From: Mizuhopecten yessoensis
Lineage: Eukaryota
Assembly: GCF_002113885.1 (NCBI RefSeq)
Contig: NW_018405566.1
Span: 1,348-65,347 of the forward strand
Length of the DNA: 64,000 nucleotides
Direction: 5' to 3'
Part shown: positions 51,125-63,352 of the stretch, piece by piece
How the letters are laid out: the number at the start of each line of letters is the position of its first letter
Numbering within the stretch: position 1 is the first letter of the stretch
Translations under genes and position numbers: made by a program
Notes under the pieces: model-generated
Seen by the model: only the letters and a program-made list of their open reading frames with translations
Databases searched by the model: none
What the model was told of the DNA's origin: nothing

Positions 51125-51965
51125 TGTGACACAGCCAAACAAGAAAATCCTGCCTTAGCGATGCGGCATAACACGGGAACGCGATCACTAGTTCAGCAAC
51201 GTTGAACGTGGTCTGTGGTTGGATGGTTTACCGTCTATACGTTACATTTGGTGACAGCGGTAGGATTTTGTGGTATGTCGTGAAAGGCATGTTAAGGTGG
51301 TGGTTAAGGAAGGTAAAATGGTACACAAGGGGGGCTCAAGGGATTTTCAAGGTACAGTCTTGGGACTAGAAATAAAAAAGCAAAAGCAAAAGAATAAGAG
51401 GGTAAAACATTGCCTTACTGACAAGCTATTTTTTCCAGTGATGCGGTAAAATCCGGATGAAATGGTACACAGGGAAGACTAACAGAATTCCTAAGACCAA
51501 GTCCTTGGACCAGATTTCTAGGAGGGGAATAGAGAAACAGCCAAGGAATCAGAGGAGAAAATAATGCCTTACTGGCAACCTAACATTTTCATGGATACGG
51601 TTTAATCCTGGGACGCGGTCATGAGTTCAGCAACATCTCGTGTAGTCAGTGGCTGGATGGGATACGCATGTAAGTTGCTTTTGGTGGCAGTGGTGTGAAC
51701 CTGTGGTAGCATGTAAGGTCAGCTCTCGGTGGCTAAAGAAGGTATATGGTACACAGGAAGGACTCGCAGGATTTTCTAAGGCCATGTCTTGGGACTAGAT
51801 TCTCGTAGGGGAAGTGGGTTAACAGCCAAGGAAAAAGGGGGATAACTAATGCCTAACTGGAAAGCGTGCTTTCCAAAGGATGCGGTGTAAACCTTGGACG
51901 CGCTCACAAGTTCCACAAGGTCGAGTGTGGTCGTTACCTTGATGGCTGCCGACTTGCACGTTATA
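51125..51965 (+). mobile_element. Tandem array of a 5S-rRNA-containing TRIM (LTR-PBS-internal-PPT-LTR)
   Basis: Four LTR copies (one truncated), 5S box A/C in three, tRNA-Leu PBS at 51249 and 51682, purine tracts before LTR starts; unit ~287 bp. Confidence 0.75.
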
Positions 51966-52320
51966 ACTCAAGGTGACAGTGTCTAAAGTGACGTTCATAA
52001 CCGATTACATATGCTTTCACGCGATCTTTCTGAGATAGTATAGTCATATAAAAAATAATTGTATAGGTCAACACACTGTCAAATATGCAGGGATATATCA
52101 ACACACTGTCAGATATACTAGTATATATATACACACTGTTAGATATGCCGGTAGATATACAATGTATAGTAGGCCAACGTTTATTACAAACCACAAGCTA
52201 CATTGTCGACATGACACCTGAATTTATTTTGATATTGCATCGTTCAATATCAGAGTCAGTTAATTGTTATAAATATATCTCGCGACTTGACACAAATATG
52301 AAAACAAAAGTTCTACGAAC

Positions 52321-52470
52321 CTGATGATATGGCAATGTAGATAGATACTGAAGGACTCCTACCTACGGCATTGTAGGCCGTGACAGACACGCTGTAGGCT
52401 CTGTTCGCTTGAAGACCTGTGATTCTGCTTGAGAACTGTATATCTGCCTGAGCGTTACCAGACTTTATTC
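52321..52470 (-). CDS. FN3 domain, C-terminal half exon
   Basis: ITGLQANRAYSVSVTAYNAVGRS; phase 1 to 1 using the ttgaag acceptor. Confidence 0.8.
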
Positions 52471-53214
52471 CTTCAACACATAACAGAAACCTATGCAAAA
52501 GTACAGAAAAAATGCCCAGTGTCTTCTACACGAAAATATCTCCTGAATATGCCTTGAACATCATTCATATTTCAGAATGTGTATGGTGGATTTGATTTAG
52601 TCGTATATGTTTTTGTTCGCGATGAAGCAGAAAATTGTTACCCTTCTGGAACACATGGACCTGTGTTTCTTGTTTTTATCAAGGGTCACTATGTTAATCT
52701 TTTCTAATTGTCATATTTATAAGTTAAAATTACTGTTTGGTTCACACTTAAGTGTTTTACTGTCGTTGATTTAATACATAAGATGTTTGACTCTAATTAC
52801 TTTATAATATTGGGTTATCGAGGTTCTGTCAACAGCCTGTAGCTAGACACACGCTCTTAGTTCATATTTATATTAGCTACATACAGAACATAAGGAAATG
52901 GCTCTACATTTATGCAATTGTCTTAAAAATTTAAAATGAATAACAAGGAACACCAACCTTATTGTCATACATGTGATCGACTATTTACAGACAAACACTA
53001 AAAAAAATCAAAACACAAACGGATTGGGCAGCAGGCATAGCCTATTTAAGCCCTCTCCAAACACGGTAACAAACAGTGGTAAAAGCATAGACATAGACAT
53101 TAGAACACATACAAACACATATAAACAGGTTGATATTTATCGAATTAATAATTAAATTAGGGGAAACAACTACTAAATCATATCTTTATCATAATTGAAT
53201 AAAATGGTTTAAAT

Positions 53215-53540
53215 TCTAACTTTTTTATTTTGATACCAAAAAGTACCTATATACTAATGTCCATGAAAATCGGAGGATATTTAAATTTGGATGATCAAAG
53301 GCCATGAAATGGCAGCTATTTTGTTGAAACCGGATATGGACGTTACAGTTTTATGTGTGGTATCATATAGTACCTATATATACCAATTTTCATGAAAATC
53401 GGACAATATTTAGATTTTGACATATTTGTTGCCTCCTCATGGCGGCCATTTTGTTTTAAGAATCAGAAACCGGTATGCGCACTGCATAAGAAACGGGGCA
53501 AAAACAATAAGTACCCCCTCTTCGTTTAGGGGACATAATA
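53215..53540. mobile_element. Helentron/HINE-type fragment
   Basis: catgaaaatcgga x2, ggcggccattttg, terminal cccc..gggg hairpin. Confidence 0.5.
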
Positions 53541-53604
53541 ACAACAACGTACAGATTGTGGAATAAGGCATGGTATCGCCATTTTGAATTAGGATTACAC
53601 TTAC

Positions 53605-53769
53605 CGTCCACTTGTGTGTATGGACCGACGGTCAGTCCGCCAGTGTCTGGCAGGACAAGGATGTTGAAGCTCACGCGGTACACTGACTCTGGCTCCATGT
53701 TCCATATCAAACTGACATCCACGTCGCTAATGTACTCCATGGAAATAGCAGTTGTTTTAGTCGGTAAAC
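53605..53769 (-). CDS. FN3 domain, N-terminal half exon
   Basis: SLPTKTTAISMEYISDVDVSLIW..YRVSF; cattag acceptor, g|gtaagt donor. Confidence 0.8.
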
Positions 53770-53830
53770 CTAATGAAATAGCAGCAAGTTTAGCAAGTTA
53801 ATCTAAGTACAAAATAGAATAGCATGATGA

Positions 53831-54027
53831 NNNNNNNNNNNNNNNNNNNNNNNNNNNNNNNNNNNNNNNNNNNNNNNNNNNNNNNNNNNNNNNNNNNNNN
53901 NNNNNNNNNNNNNNNNNNNNNNNNNNNNNNNNNNNNNNNNNNNNNNNNNNNNNNNNNNNNNNNNNNNNNNNNNNNNNNNNNNNNNNNNNNNNNNNNNNNN
54001 NNNNNNNNNNNNNNNNNNNNNNNNNNN
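53831..54027. other. Assembly gap flanked by a (GAT)n microsatellite
   Basis: Run of N; GAT repeats at 54028-54160. Confidence 0.95.
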
Positions 54028-54784
54028 GATGATGTTGTTGATGATGTTGTTGATGATGATGATGTATTAAGATGATAATGGTGTATTACTATTGATGATG
54101 ATTGACAAGGCTGAAGATGATATTCAGTCACGATGAGGATGATGATGATGATGATGAAAGATATGACGATGCAAGAGACAAACCATGCAAATGGGAATTG
54201 TATGTATGTGGGTGTATATGTGTTTATGTATTTATGTAATAAAAATGTCTTTAAAAATAAACAAATTATAAAAAAAATAATAATAGAATAGCAGTAAGTT
54301 TAGCAGATAAGCATTAGTACAACAACAAAATGGTGTTTGGTTTGGCAGGTGGAACTTAGTACAACTATCAAATAGCAGTAAGTATAGCAGGTAAACATTA
54401 AAATTATAAATTATAAAAATTGCAGTGTTTCTAGCAGGAAAGCATTAGTACATCAATAAAATTGCAGTGTGTTTAACATGTACATTAGGTAAATCGATAC
54501 AATAGCAGCAAGTTTAGACGGTATCTTAAGAATTAAACAGTCGTGCGTTAAGCAGGTAAACATACCTGTAGTACAACACAACAATATCAGTAAATTGATA
54601 GGTAAACAATAACAACATAGCTGTAGGTTTAGCAGGTAGACCTTAGTACAATAATACAATCGTATAGGTTTGAACGGGAAGACCCTAGTTCCACAAAAGA
54701 CACAAGTATTAACCTTTTGTTTGACATTTTCTTTAATCGGCCACACTTTACAAGCCGAACACGAAGTTAATACATACAGTAGAA

Positions 54785-54897
54785 TAATATTGTGTTTACA
54801 GTGTAATATTGTGTTTACAGTGTAATATTGTGTTTACAGTGTTATATTGTGTTTACAGTGTAATATTGTGTTTACAGTGTTATATTGTTTTTACAGT
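54785..54897. repeat. 19-bp minisatellite (~6 units)
   Basis: taatattgtgtttacagtg. Confidence 0.9.
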
Positions 54898-55008
54898 AAA
54901 CGTCTCATTCGCCATATGTGGAACCTCTAATAATATATCTTGTAAAAACAAAACGTATGTTGTTTATTGACATCATTCTTTAGTATAAACGACCCGACAA
55001 AGACTTAC

Positions 55009-55341
55009 TCAGGACGATAATCTCAAGTAGGTTGGAGTTGACGCTAGAACGGTTGTTGACTGCATTACAACTTATGAAGGAATTCAATGATCCAGAGGAC
55101 CTCTCCGCCATTATAGTCAAGTTTTGGTAAGTTCGAAACAAGTCTTTGCCAACAGAAACAATAGACAAGGTATCAGCTGACGAGGATATGTCGCCGTTGT
55201 CTCTGATCCAGCTGATGGTGGCCTGGGGTCGACTAGGGGACGTCTCACAACGTAAAGTGACATTTTCACCTTCTTTCACTACTAGTTGGTCTCCGATAAT
55301 ATCCCCGGACAAACTTACAAGGTAGACAGACTCCACGGGCT
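55009..55341 (-). CDS. Ig domain exon (C2/CD80-like, nephrin-type)
   Basis: VKEGENVTLRCETSPSRPQATISW..ISCNAVN; cccag acceptor, a|gtaagt donor; phase 1 to 1. Confidence 0.88.
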
Positions 55342-57302
55342 CTGGGATATGAAATAAAAATGAGCAACATTATGTATTTGCAAATCAGTTGTGGCACGAC
55401 GAACGGTGTATCTGAATAAACACAAACAACAGTATGCATAATACATGTAAGTTTTCGTAATACAAACTATTGATATCACCCCTGCAGATCGAGAGAGAAA
55501 AAAGAATGCATGAGGTAACTATGAAGACAAAAACACGTGTAGCAAGCATCGGTGATTGGCTTCTGTGCCTTCCAATTCGGGACACAATGGTGGAAAAAAT
55601 AATATACTGCCACACTTGGCTTTAGTGTTGAACATTCAGCCAATGACGAGGAATTCTGTCCCCAGTAGTTGTTATTTCATGCTAAAGGGTATTCGCAACA
55701 ACTGGTTAACCCGTTGTCATTATAATGTGACCAAGCGGAATGCTAAAAGAACCTGCTAAATACATGGTGTTTACACAGAGGTAAACACATTTATACCGAG
55801 TGCTGTTTTAGTATACATGGCTAAACTCGAAAAAATATCAGTTCATTCCTTGAATCAAGGATATGCACAAATTTGGTCTGCCCCAAAAAAGCATTAATAC
55901 TTTCAGGAACAGAAAGTATATCTTGTTTGGTGTCAATAAAAATGTCTTTCTATAGACTTTATTGTTTTGTTCTACAATACTAGAAACATCAACCAAATAA
56001 ACATACAGGGATGTTTTCTATGGAACCGGGACCCAATTGAGAGAGCAGTTTCTTTGAAACCACTAGTCACTGTAATAGCAATTAACTAATATGGAAATTC
56101 TTCTGTACGCTTATATGAAGATGTTTGACTGATAACATTCCTGCACAATAGTTAGTTTCGAATCTTTTGATTTTCAACTTAACGAAATAATACGAAGACA
56201 TGGTTTTATGATTTGAGATAAAATAACAAATAAGTAAATAAATAAAATTTCAAGCATTTCAAATGAAACAATTTTCATTTGTTCTGTACACTTTTTTGTC
56301 ACATTTTGGTTTTACTTTGCAATTTTTCAATTATAGTACAAGGAATAGATGGCATACCAGCTTTAGAAGTACCCTCAGAATTACCGAAAATCTTATATAA
56401 TATATAGATTTTGGCCTATTAGAATAAATAACACAGACCCATAAACTGCCAAAATATAGCTGTCCTGCTACTATTAAAACGAATACAGACCATGTCTTAT
56501 AGTAACTATTGTTTTTATAAAACACTGGATAACGCATAAATACAAAATAGCGACAGTCTATACTGAAAAAAGGACATGTTTATACTTTGGGCTTCACCAA
56601 ACACCCTTCGTGTCCTTGGTAAGCACGAAGTTTAGCGTCATGATAGAATACTATGTTAAGATTTCTTACTGATACGGGATCTATAAAGATCGTCTTCACT
56701 GGACTCAAAATAATAACAATGTAAACATAGACCAATAAGTAATTGCAGCTTGACATATTACTTTTGTTTTAATTGTCAATTGTTTCAATACACACACAAA
56801 AATTGTGTTGACATTGGATATGAAATGTGATACTTTCGGAGGAGTGTGCAATGCTTAAGTAGATCCAGCAGAACTTTATTTCAAATAGTTTGTTTTGACT
56901 TCCTTTCTTCTTAATCATTTGCCATTTTCCTATGCTATCCTGTACTAGACATATTGATAGAAAATAGTGCCATATACTTTTTTCCAGTTATGATTAATAA
57001 AACAATATTATATTTAAAGTGAAAAAAAACTATAAAGACTAAGTTTATTTTCAACACAAACAGGAATTGAAAACTTATTTGACGAGATTTCGAAAACGTC
57101 TGTTTCCTTTATCAGGCAAAGAGTGCATCGAAACAAACTTAGTCATTATCATTCAAACCAAACTTACGAATCCTACTCCAAAGAAAAAATACTATGTCAT
57201 GTTAATGCAGAAACATAATCAATAAATAAAAGATGTCCAAACCGAATTTTTGTTTTTGTAATTATTCTGATATTTCATAGTAGACCACTGTTTGTAGCTT
57301 AC

Positions 57303-57710
57303 CGATGACGTAGATCTTGGTAGAGATGGTAAGTGTAGAACGGGAGCTCCAGTTACCCACTATCACAACACAGTAAATCGTGTCGTCATGTCGAGGCTGT
57401 TCAACAGAGAACCGTACCAACGTCTCGTTTACCCAGCATGCCTGCGAAATGTTCCTACCTTCCTGGCACATATCTATTGCTGATAACGTCACGGATCCAA
57501 GGGTGTTTTCGCCTGTGCTGCTAGTTGACCACTGCAGCACCGATGCCGGTGATGTGCCGGCCATTATTGTGATGGTCAGTATCAGAGGCTGACCTTTCAC
57601 GACTGTGGCTTCAGGATGAGGACTGAGAGACAACACAGGTGACGTAGACATGGACGTTGGTGAGGACGATAGGACCGATGTCCATGGTTCATATGTGACG
57701 TAACATCCCA
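57303..57710 (-). CDS. N-terminal non-canonical Ig-like domain exon
   Basis: ATVVKGQPLILTI..LQW..DDTIYCVV; ttgtag acceptor, g|gtaagc donor; phase 1 to 1. Confidence 0.8.
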
Positions 57711-58489
57711 CTACAAACAAAATAACGTACTGCAGTTATGAAATCTTTAATGTTTTTTAAACAGTTAATATCTTTATAATTCAGAACTACCTGAAAACGT
57801 TTGGTCTGTTCAAAACGATATAGTAAACACGTACTGTTCCATCAGACGTTTGTCTTTTACTATTTCGTGTTGGTGTCATGTCCATGTCCGACCTTTATTG
57901 ACCCCAATGACCTGTTAGTAAATGGGCAGTTAGGAATATAATTATAATAATTTAAATCAAATAATTCGACTTTCTTAAGCCTTTGTACTAGAAAGTAGTT
58001 CAAGGTCATGAGCAAGTGTACGAGTCCTTTATTAACATTAGATCAGCGACAGGATAGAACGGCAAACAATTACATCTGATCTTGGCTTTATTGTCTGATG
58101 TATAGAAGTCGTCGGATTTTTTTATTTTATTTTTATTAGATCTGAAACGTTATCTTAACAGTACTTAATATTATTTGATAGCCTTTCATCTAAACAAGCA
58201 ACAACTAAAGGCACATTATGTGACTCCATGCTTCACAGTTCTGTAGAAGTCATTCTTTGGGAGTGTTTAACAGGGTAATAACTGACCTTAAAGACCATGT
58301 ATGTGTATAAATCTGACAGCCCAAACTGGTTTACAGTTTTCAGCACTTTTGGAATTTGTAGCTTTGCATAGGGGGTGTATGACTAAATTAACCGTGTACT
58401 AACTAGTATGTACACGTCGTTCATAAATTTCCCCTGTATACACAATCTGAAAAAACTTTCTTTTCTTTCTCTATGTGACTAGTATTTTA

Positions 58490-60465
58490 TTAATCAGCTG
58501 TAATGATATTAAGTTAAACCCAGGTCCTCTAGAACCTAGAATGTTCTCACCTCAATATAAGATCCTTAAGAAACAAGACTGATATTGTTGAAACCGAATT
58601 ACATGAAAGGGATAATATCTGCCTAACTGAAACACACCTCAACCCTGAAATACCTAATTCTGAACTAATAATTCCATGTTACTCTGAACATCTTTATAGG
58701 CTGGATAGAAAACTGGTCCCGTTGTTTGGGTTTTAATCTATCACAAAAATAAAATTTTCGCTAAATGATGATCTTGAACATAATGAATTTGAAATGATAT
58801 GTGTGGAAATCCATATTGAGGCGCACAAGTTTCTTCTGGCTTGTCCATATAGACCAGAATCACCAGTTACATATTGGGAAATTTTAGATCGAGTCATTAA
58901 AAAAGCTGTAAACACTAACTTAGATATAGTGATTACTGGTGATATTAATATGAACATGTTAAATCTTCAACCCCATTCTCACCTTGGTAGACTAATGACA
59001 AAATTTAATCTTTCTAGTTTTATCACAGACCCCACCCGTATCACTCCAACTCCATCAACTTCAATTGATATGGTCTTTTCCAACAACAGAAATCTAGTTA
59101 GAAAAGCATCTGTGCTTCCTCCTATATGTAGTGACCATTCTCTGATACAATTAAATATTTCCTATGCAGTTTTCAAAAAAAAGCAATATTTTATGCGACA
59201 CTATAAAACACTTAATTAATTAGTCTATAGCCGTTAAGTATGCAACAGTTAGACCAAACGATAAAAAATGGATGACTAATGATATTAGACTACATATAAG
59301 ACAACGAAATAGGGCTCATAGGGTTGCAAAATCTAGTAATTCGGCTTTTTTCTGGGAAAATTACAGAAACAAAAGAAATGAAACAATTAGTAAAATATGT
59401 GATGCCAAGAAAAGGTATGTTGAAAATTTACACAAAGCATTAACCGACAAAACTATTAGCCCTAACAAGTGGTGGAAAATTGCACAAATGTCCTTAATAT
59501 AAATAACAAATCTACTTCTACTCCCCCACTAACACACAATAATTCATTGAAATACTTTGTATCAATATCTACCACTTCTGAAAATGCTGAGCCTATACCT
59601 GAAACTACTAACGATTTTCCTTATTCCATTAATGATATTGTTATAACCCAACAGGATGTTGAAGATCAGCTATTTCTTTTGAATGCTAATAAACCTGCTG
59701 CACCAGATAATATGATTCCCAAAATAATCAAACAATAACATCCATCTAACCTCTTTCCTCTAACTCTTCTATTTAACAAAACACTTGAAACTGGTAGCAT
59801 TCCCTTCAGCTGGAAGATGGCTAATATTAACGCTATTTATGAAGGTAAAGGATTAGTTAATGAGGTGATTAATTACAGACCTATCTCTGTTACTTCATGT
59901 TTGAGTAAAATGTTAGAAAAATCATTTTTAAATATCTATATAATTACCTCATTACTTATAAAATCATTAAAAAATACCAGTCTGGCTTTACATCTAAAGA
60001 TTCAACTGTAAATCAATTATTGTCTATTTACCAAAACAATGTTAATTGCCTAGATCAAAATAAAGAAATCAGATTTATATTCTGTGACATAAACAAGGCT
60101 TTTGATAGAGCTTGACACAATAGACTGCTAAAGGTTATCTCTTAAATTGGTTTTCGTAACTTTTTATCATACAGAAAACAGAGTGCTAACTGAAGGTTAT
60201 ACATCAACCTTTGACCCTGTTCAAGCAGTGGTTCCAAAAGGCTCGGTCCTCGGTCCGTTATTGTCTTTGATATGTATTAATGATATTGTTGATTGTGTTT
60301 CCAGTAGAATTGAATTATTTGCAGATGACCTCTCTCTATGGTATATGTGATAATAATCCCATTGAATTGGCACAAAATCTTTCTAATGACTTGACTAATA
60401 TTAAGCTGTGGGCCATTAAATGGGACATTAAATGTAATCCTTCTAAAACTGAATCTGTAATATCC
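58490..60465 (+). mobile_element. Decayed CR1-clade LINE ORF2 (APE endonuclease + RT)
   Basis: DIKLNPGP, ICLTETHL, YRP, ITGDIN, PTRIT, SDH; NYRPIS, QSGF, DINKAFD, VPKGSVLGP, FADD; many stops. Confidence 0.92.
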
Positions 60466-60479
60466 TCAGGGATCGAGAT

Positions 60480-63352
60480 GCTGGGTGATACTATCCATGA
60501 CCAGGTTATGTTTTATTTTACTGCCCGCCCTCTTTCTTCTAGTGATACCATCTGATCATGTAACAGTCTAAAACTCGCTTGGGTAATATCTTTGTCTGCT
60601 ATCTGCTAATTCACTGAATTAGTACTAGCCCAATAGTCTTGTTTCCTGAAGGATGGTATGGACCTTGTATCATACTAGAGTCATTATCAGCAAGAACATT
60701 TGTTTGTCGAATGCTTTTTCCTCCATAAGGGCTGTGTTCTGCATACGCAGTATGTGGTTGGAGTTCTACAGTTCTTTCAGTTCTGATTACAATCACACTA
60801 AGTATGCTTTGATTCGAGATGGTTTTTTTATCGTGGTTGAGAAAAGCTGCGTCCTTTGTTCAGCTCATTTTCCCACTACTTTAGCTTTGGTTTTTATTGT
60901 CGAAGTTGTTTGGCGTCTTTGCTTGATAAAGCTGTTTAAGTGTCATCGTTACTAGACAGCATAGGGGGGAGTTGGGATGACATTCTGGGACCTGCTGGAA
61001 CAAACTAGGCAGGGATATGTACTTCGCTTCTTGTAGTTCCAGGAGGGGAGGTACAGTGCGTTGCTGAATCTGCGTTGTTGGAGTGTTAATATCTGTGATA
61101 CTTAAATCGGTGGCTGTATTTAAAATAGAGGAAGCATCAGCGATAGCAGGGTAGGCTGGGGTGTGTGATCTGCTCGAGACACAGATATTGTCTGTGTATT
61201 ACATGGTTTGGTATGATGTGCCACCACAGGGACAGATATCGGAATGATTCAGTATCTGTAATGCACTTCTGAGACGGAAGGGTTCCTGGTTGTTTAGCCA
61301 ACAGTCTAGTATCAGGATGTTTGCTGGGGGGAGGGGCTTGAACTGCAATACACTGCACGTTTGTAAAATGTATGTGTTCATTTTGTGAAAATAAATGACC
61401 GATAACATATATTGATAACGACATGTCTCAGGTGCTCCATAAAGACAGCTATGTTTTTCCGTTAAAAAGGACCTTGCATGTGGTGTGGTATATGGTGATA
61501 ACGTAGGCTGTACTGGTGTTAAAATCACTATCATCCTCGAGTACCATGCTGGTGGAGACTTTCCATATTTGCTTGACAAAAAGACAATTACTATCGTTTA
61601 TTGAGTTCTTATTGTTAATGGAGCGATTTTTGTCTTTAGAGAGAAGTTCTGTAGTAGGGATCTGTAATAATTGTCTTTAGAGAGAAGTTCTGTAGCAGGG
61701 ATCTGTAATATTCGTCATTAGAGAGAAGTTCTGTAGTAGGGTTCTGTAATATTTGTCTTTAAAGAGAACTTCTGGATTGGGGATCTTTAATATTCGTCTT
61801 TAGACAGAATTTCTGTAGTAGGGATCTGTGATATTTGTCTTTAGAGAGAAGATCTGTAGTAGGGATCTGTAATATTCGCCTTTAGAGAGAAGTTCTGTAG
61901 GAGGGATCTGTGATATTCGTCTTTAGACAGAAGGTCTGTAGTAGGGATCTGTACTATTCGTCTTTAGAGAGAACTTCTGTAGTAGGGATCTGTGATATTT
62001 GTCTTTAGAGAGAAGATCTGTAGTAGTGATCTGTAATATTCGTCTTTAGACAGAAGTTCTGTAGTAGGGATGTGTAATATTTGTCTTTAGAGAAGTTCTG
62101 TAGTAGGCATCTGTACTATTCGTCTTTAGAGAGAACTTCTGTAGTAGGGATCTGTAATATTCGCCTTTAGAGAGAAGTTCTGTAGGAGGGATCTGTGATA
62201 TTCGTCTTTAGACAGAAGTTCTGTAGTAGGGATCTATAATATTTGTCTTTAGAGAAGTTCTGTAGTAGGAATCTGTAATATTTGTCTTTAGAGAAGTTCT
62301 GTAGTAGGAATCTGTAATATTTGTCTTTAGAGAAGTTCTGTAGTAGGGTTCTGTAATATTTGTCTTTAAAGAGAAGATCTGTAGTAGGGATCTGTAATAT
62401 TCGCCTTTAGAGAGAAGTTCTGTTGTAGGGATCTGTAATATTTGTCATTAGAGAGAAGTTCTGTAGTAGGGATCTGAAATAATTGTCTTTAGAGAGAAGT
62501 CCTGTAGAAGGGATCTGTAATAATTGTCTTTAGAGAGAAGTTATGTAGTGGTGATCTGTAATATTTGTCTGTAAAGAGAAGATCTGTAGTAGGGATCTGT
62601 AATATTTGTCATTAGAGAGAAGTTCTGTAGGAGGGATCTGTGATATTCGTCTTTAGAGAAAAGTTCTGTAGTAGGGATCTGAAATATTCGTCTTTAGAGA
62701 GAAGTTCTGTAGTAGGGATCTGTGATATATGTCTTTAGAGAGAAGTTCTGTAGTAGGGATCTGTGATATTCGTCTTTAAAGAGAAGTTCTGTAGTAGGGA
62801 TCTGTAATATTTGTCTTTAGAGAGAAATTCTGTAGTAGGGATCTGTAATATTTGTCTTTAGAGAGAAGTTCTGTTGTAGGGATCTGTAATATTTGTCTTT
62901 AAAGAGAAGTTCTGTAGTAGGGGTCTGTAATATTCGTCTTTAGACAGAAGTTCTGTAGTAGGGATCTGAAATATTCGTCTTTAGAGAGAAGTTATGTAGT
63001 GGTGATCTGTAATATTTGTCTTTAGAGAGAGGTTCTGCAGTAGTGATCTGTAATATTCGTCTTTAGACAGAAGTTCTGTAATAGGGATCTGTAATATTCA
63101 TCTTTAGAGAGAAGTTCTGCAGTAGGGATCTGTGATATTCGTCTTTAGAGAGAAGTTCTGTAGTAGGGATCTGTAATATTTGTCTAGCTCACTTTTCCTG
63201 GCTTCTGGCTTTTTATTAAGTGTTGGTCGTTTATTCAACGTGAATGGGGGTCTCTGCTTACTTGTAGTTGTAGCACGCTTACATGTCTATGGTTTGAAAC
63301 TGTCATGAAGTTTCCTGATTCTAGCTGGACGAGTTAAACACAGGTCAGCCAT
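60480..63352 (-). mobile_element. Decayed CR1/L2-type LINE ORF1, interrupted by a 41-bp array
   Basis: ATG at 63352 (MADLCL); FTLNKRPTLNKK; YVITIYHTTCKVLFNGK; coiled-coil remnant SRIKAYL..SELKEL.NSNHILR. Confidence 0.6.
61632..63187. repeat. 41-bp minisatellite (~38 units)
   Basis: tctttagagagaagttctgtagtagggatctgtaatattcg. Confidence 0.97.

Noticed and set aside
51160-51240. Functional 5S rRNA gene array
   Set aside because: Only the internal control region is similar; the 5S termini and T-run terminator are missing and the copies are highly diverged.
52471-52490. gcatag acceptor at 52491 for the FN3 exon
   Set aside because: Phase-incompatible with the upstream exon (stop after a few codons); the ttgaag acceptor keeps frame.
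53790-54131. ORFs spanning the N run
   Set aside because: Artefact of the assembly gap.
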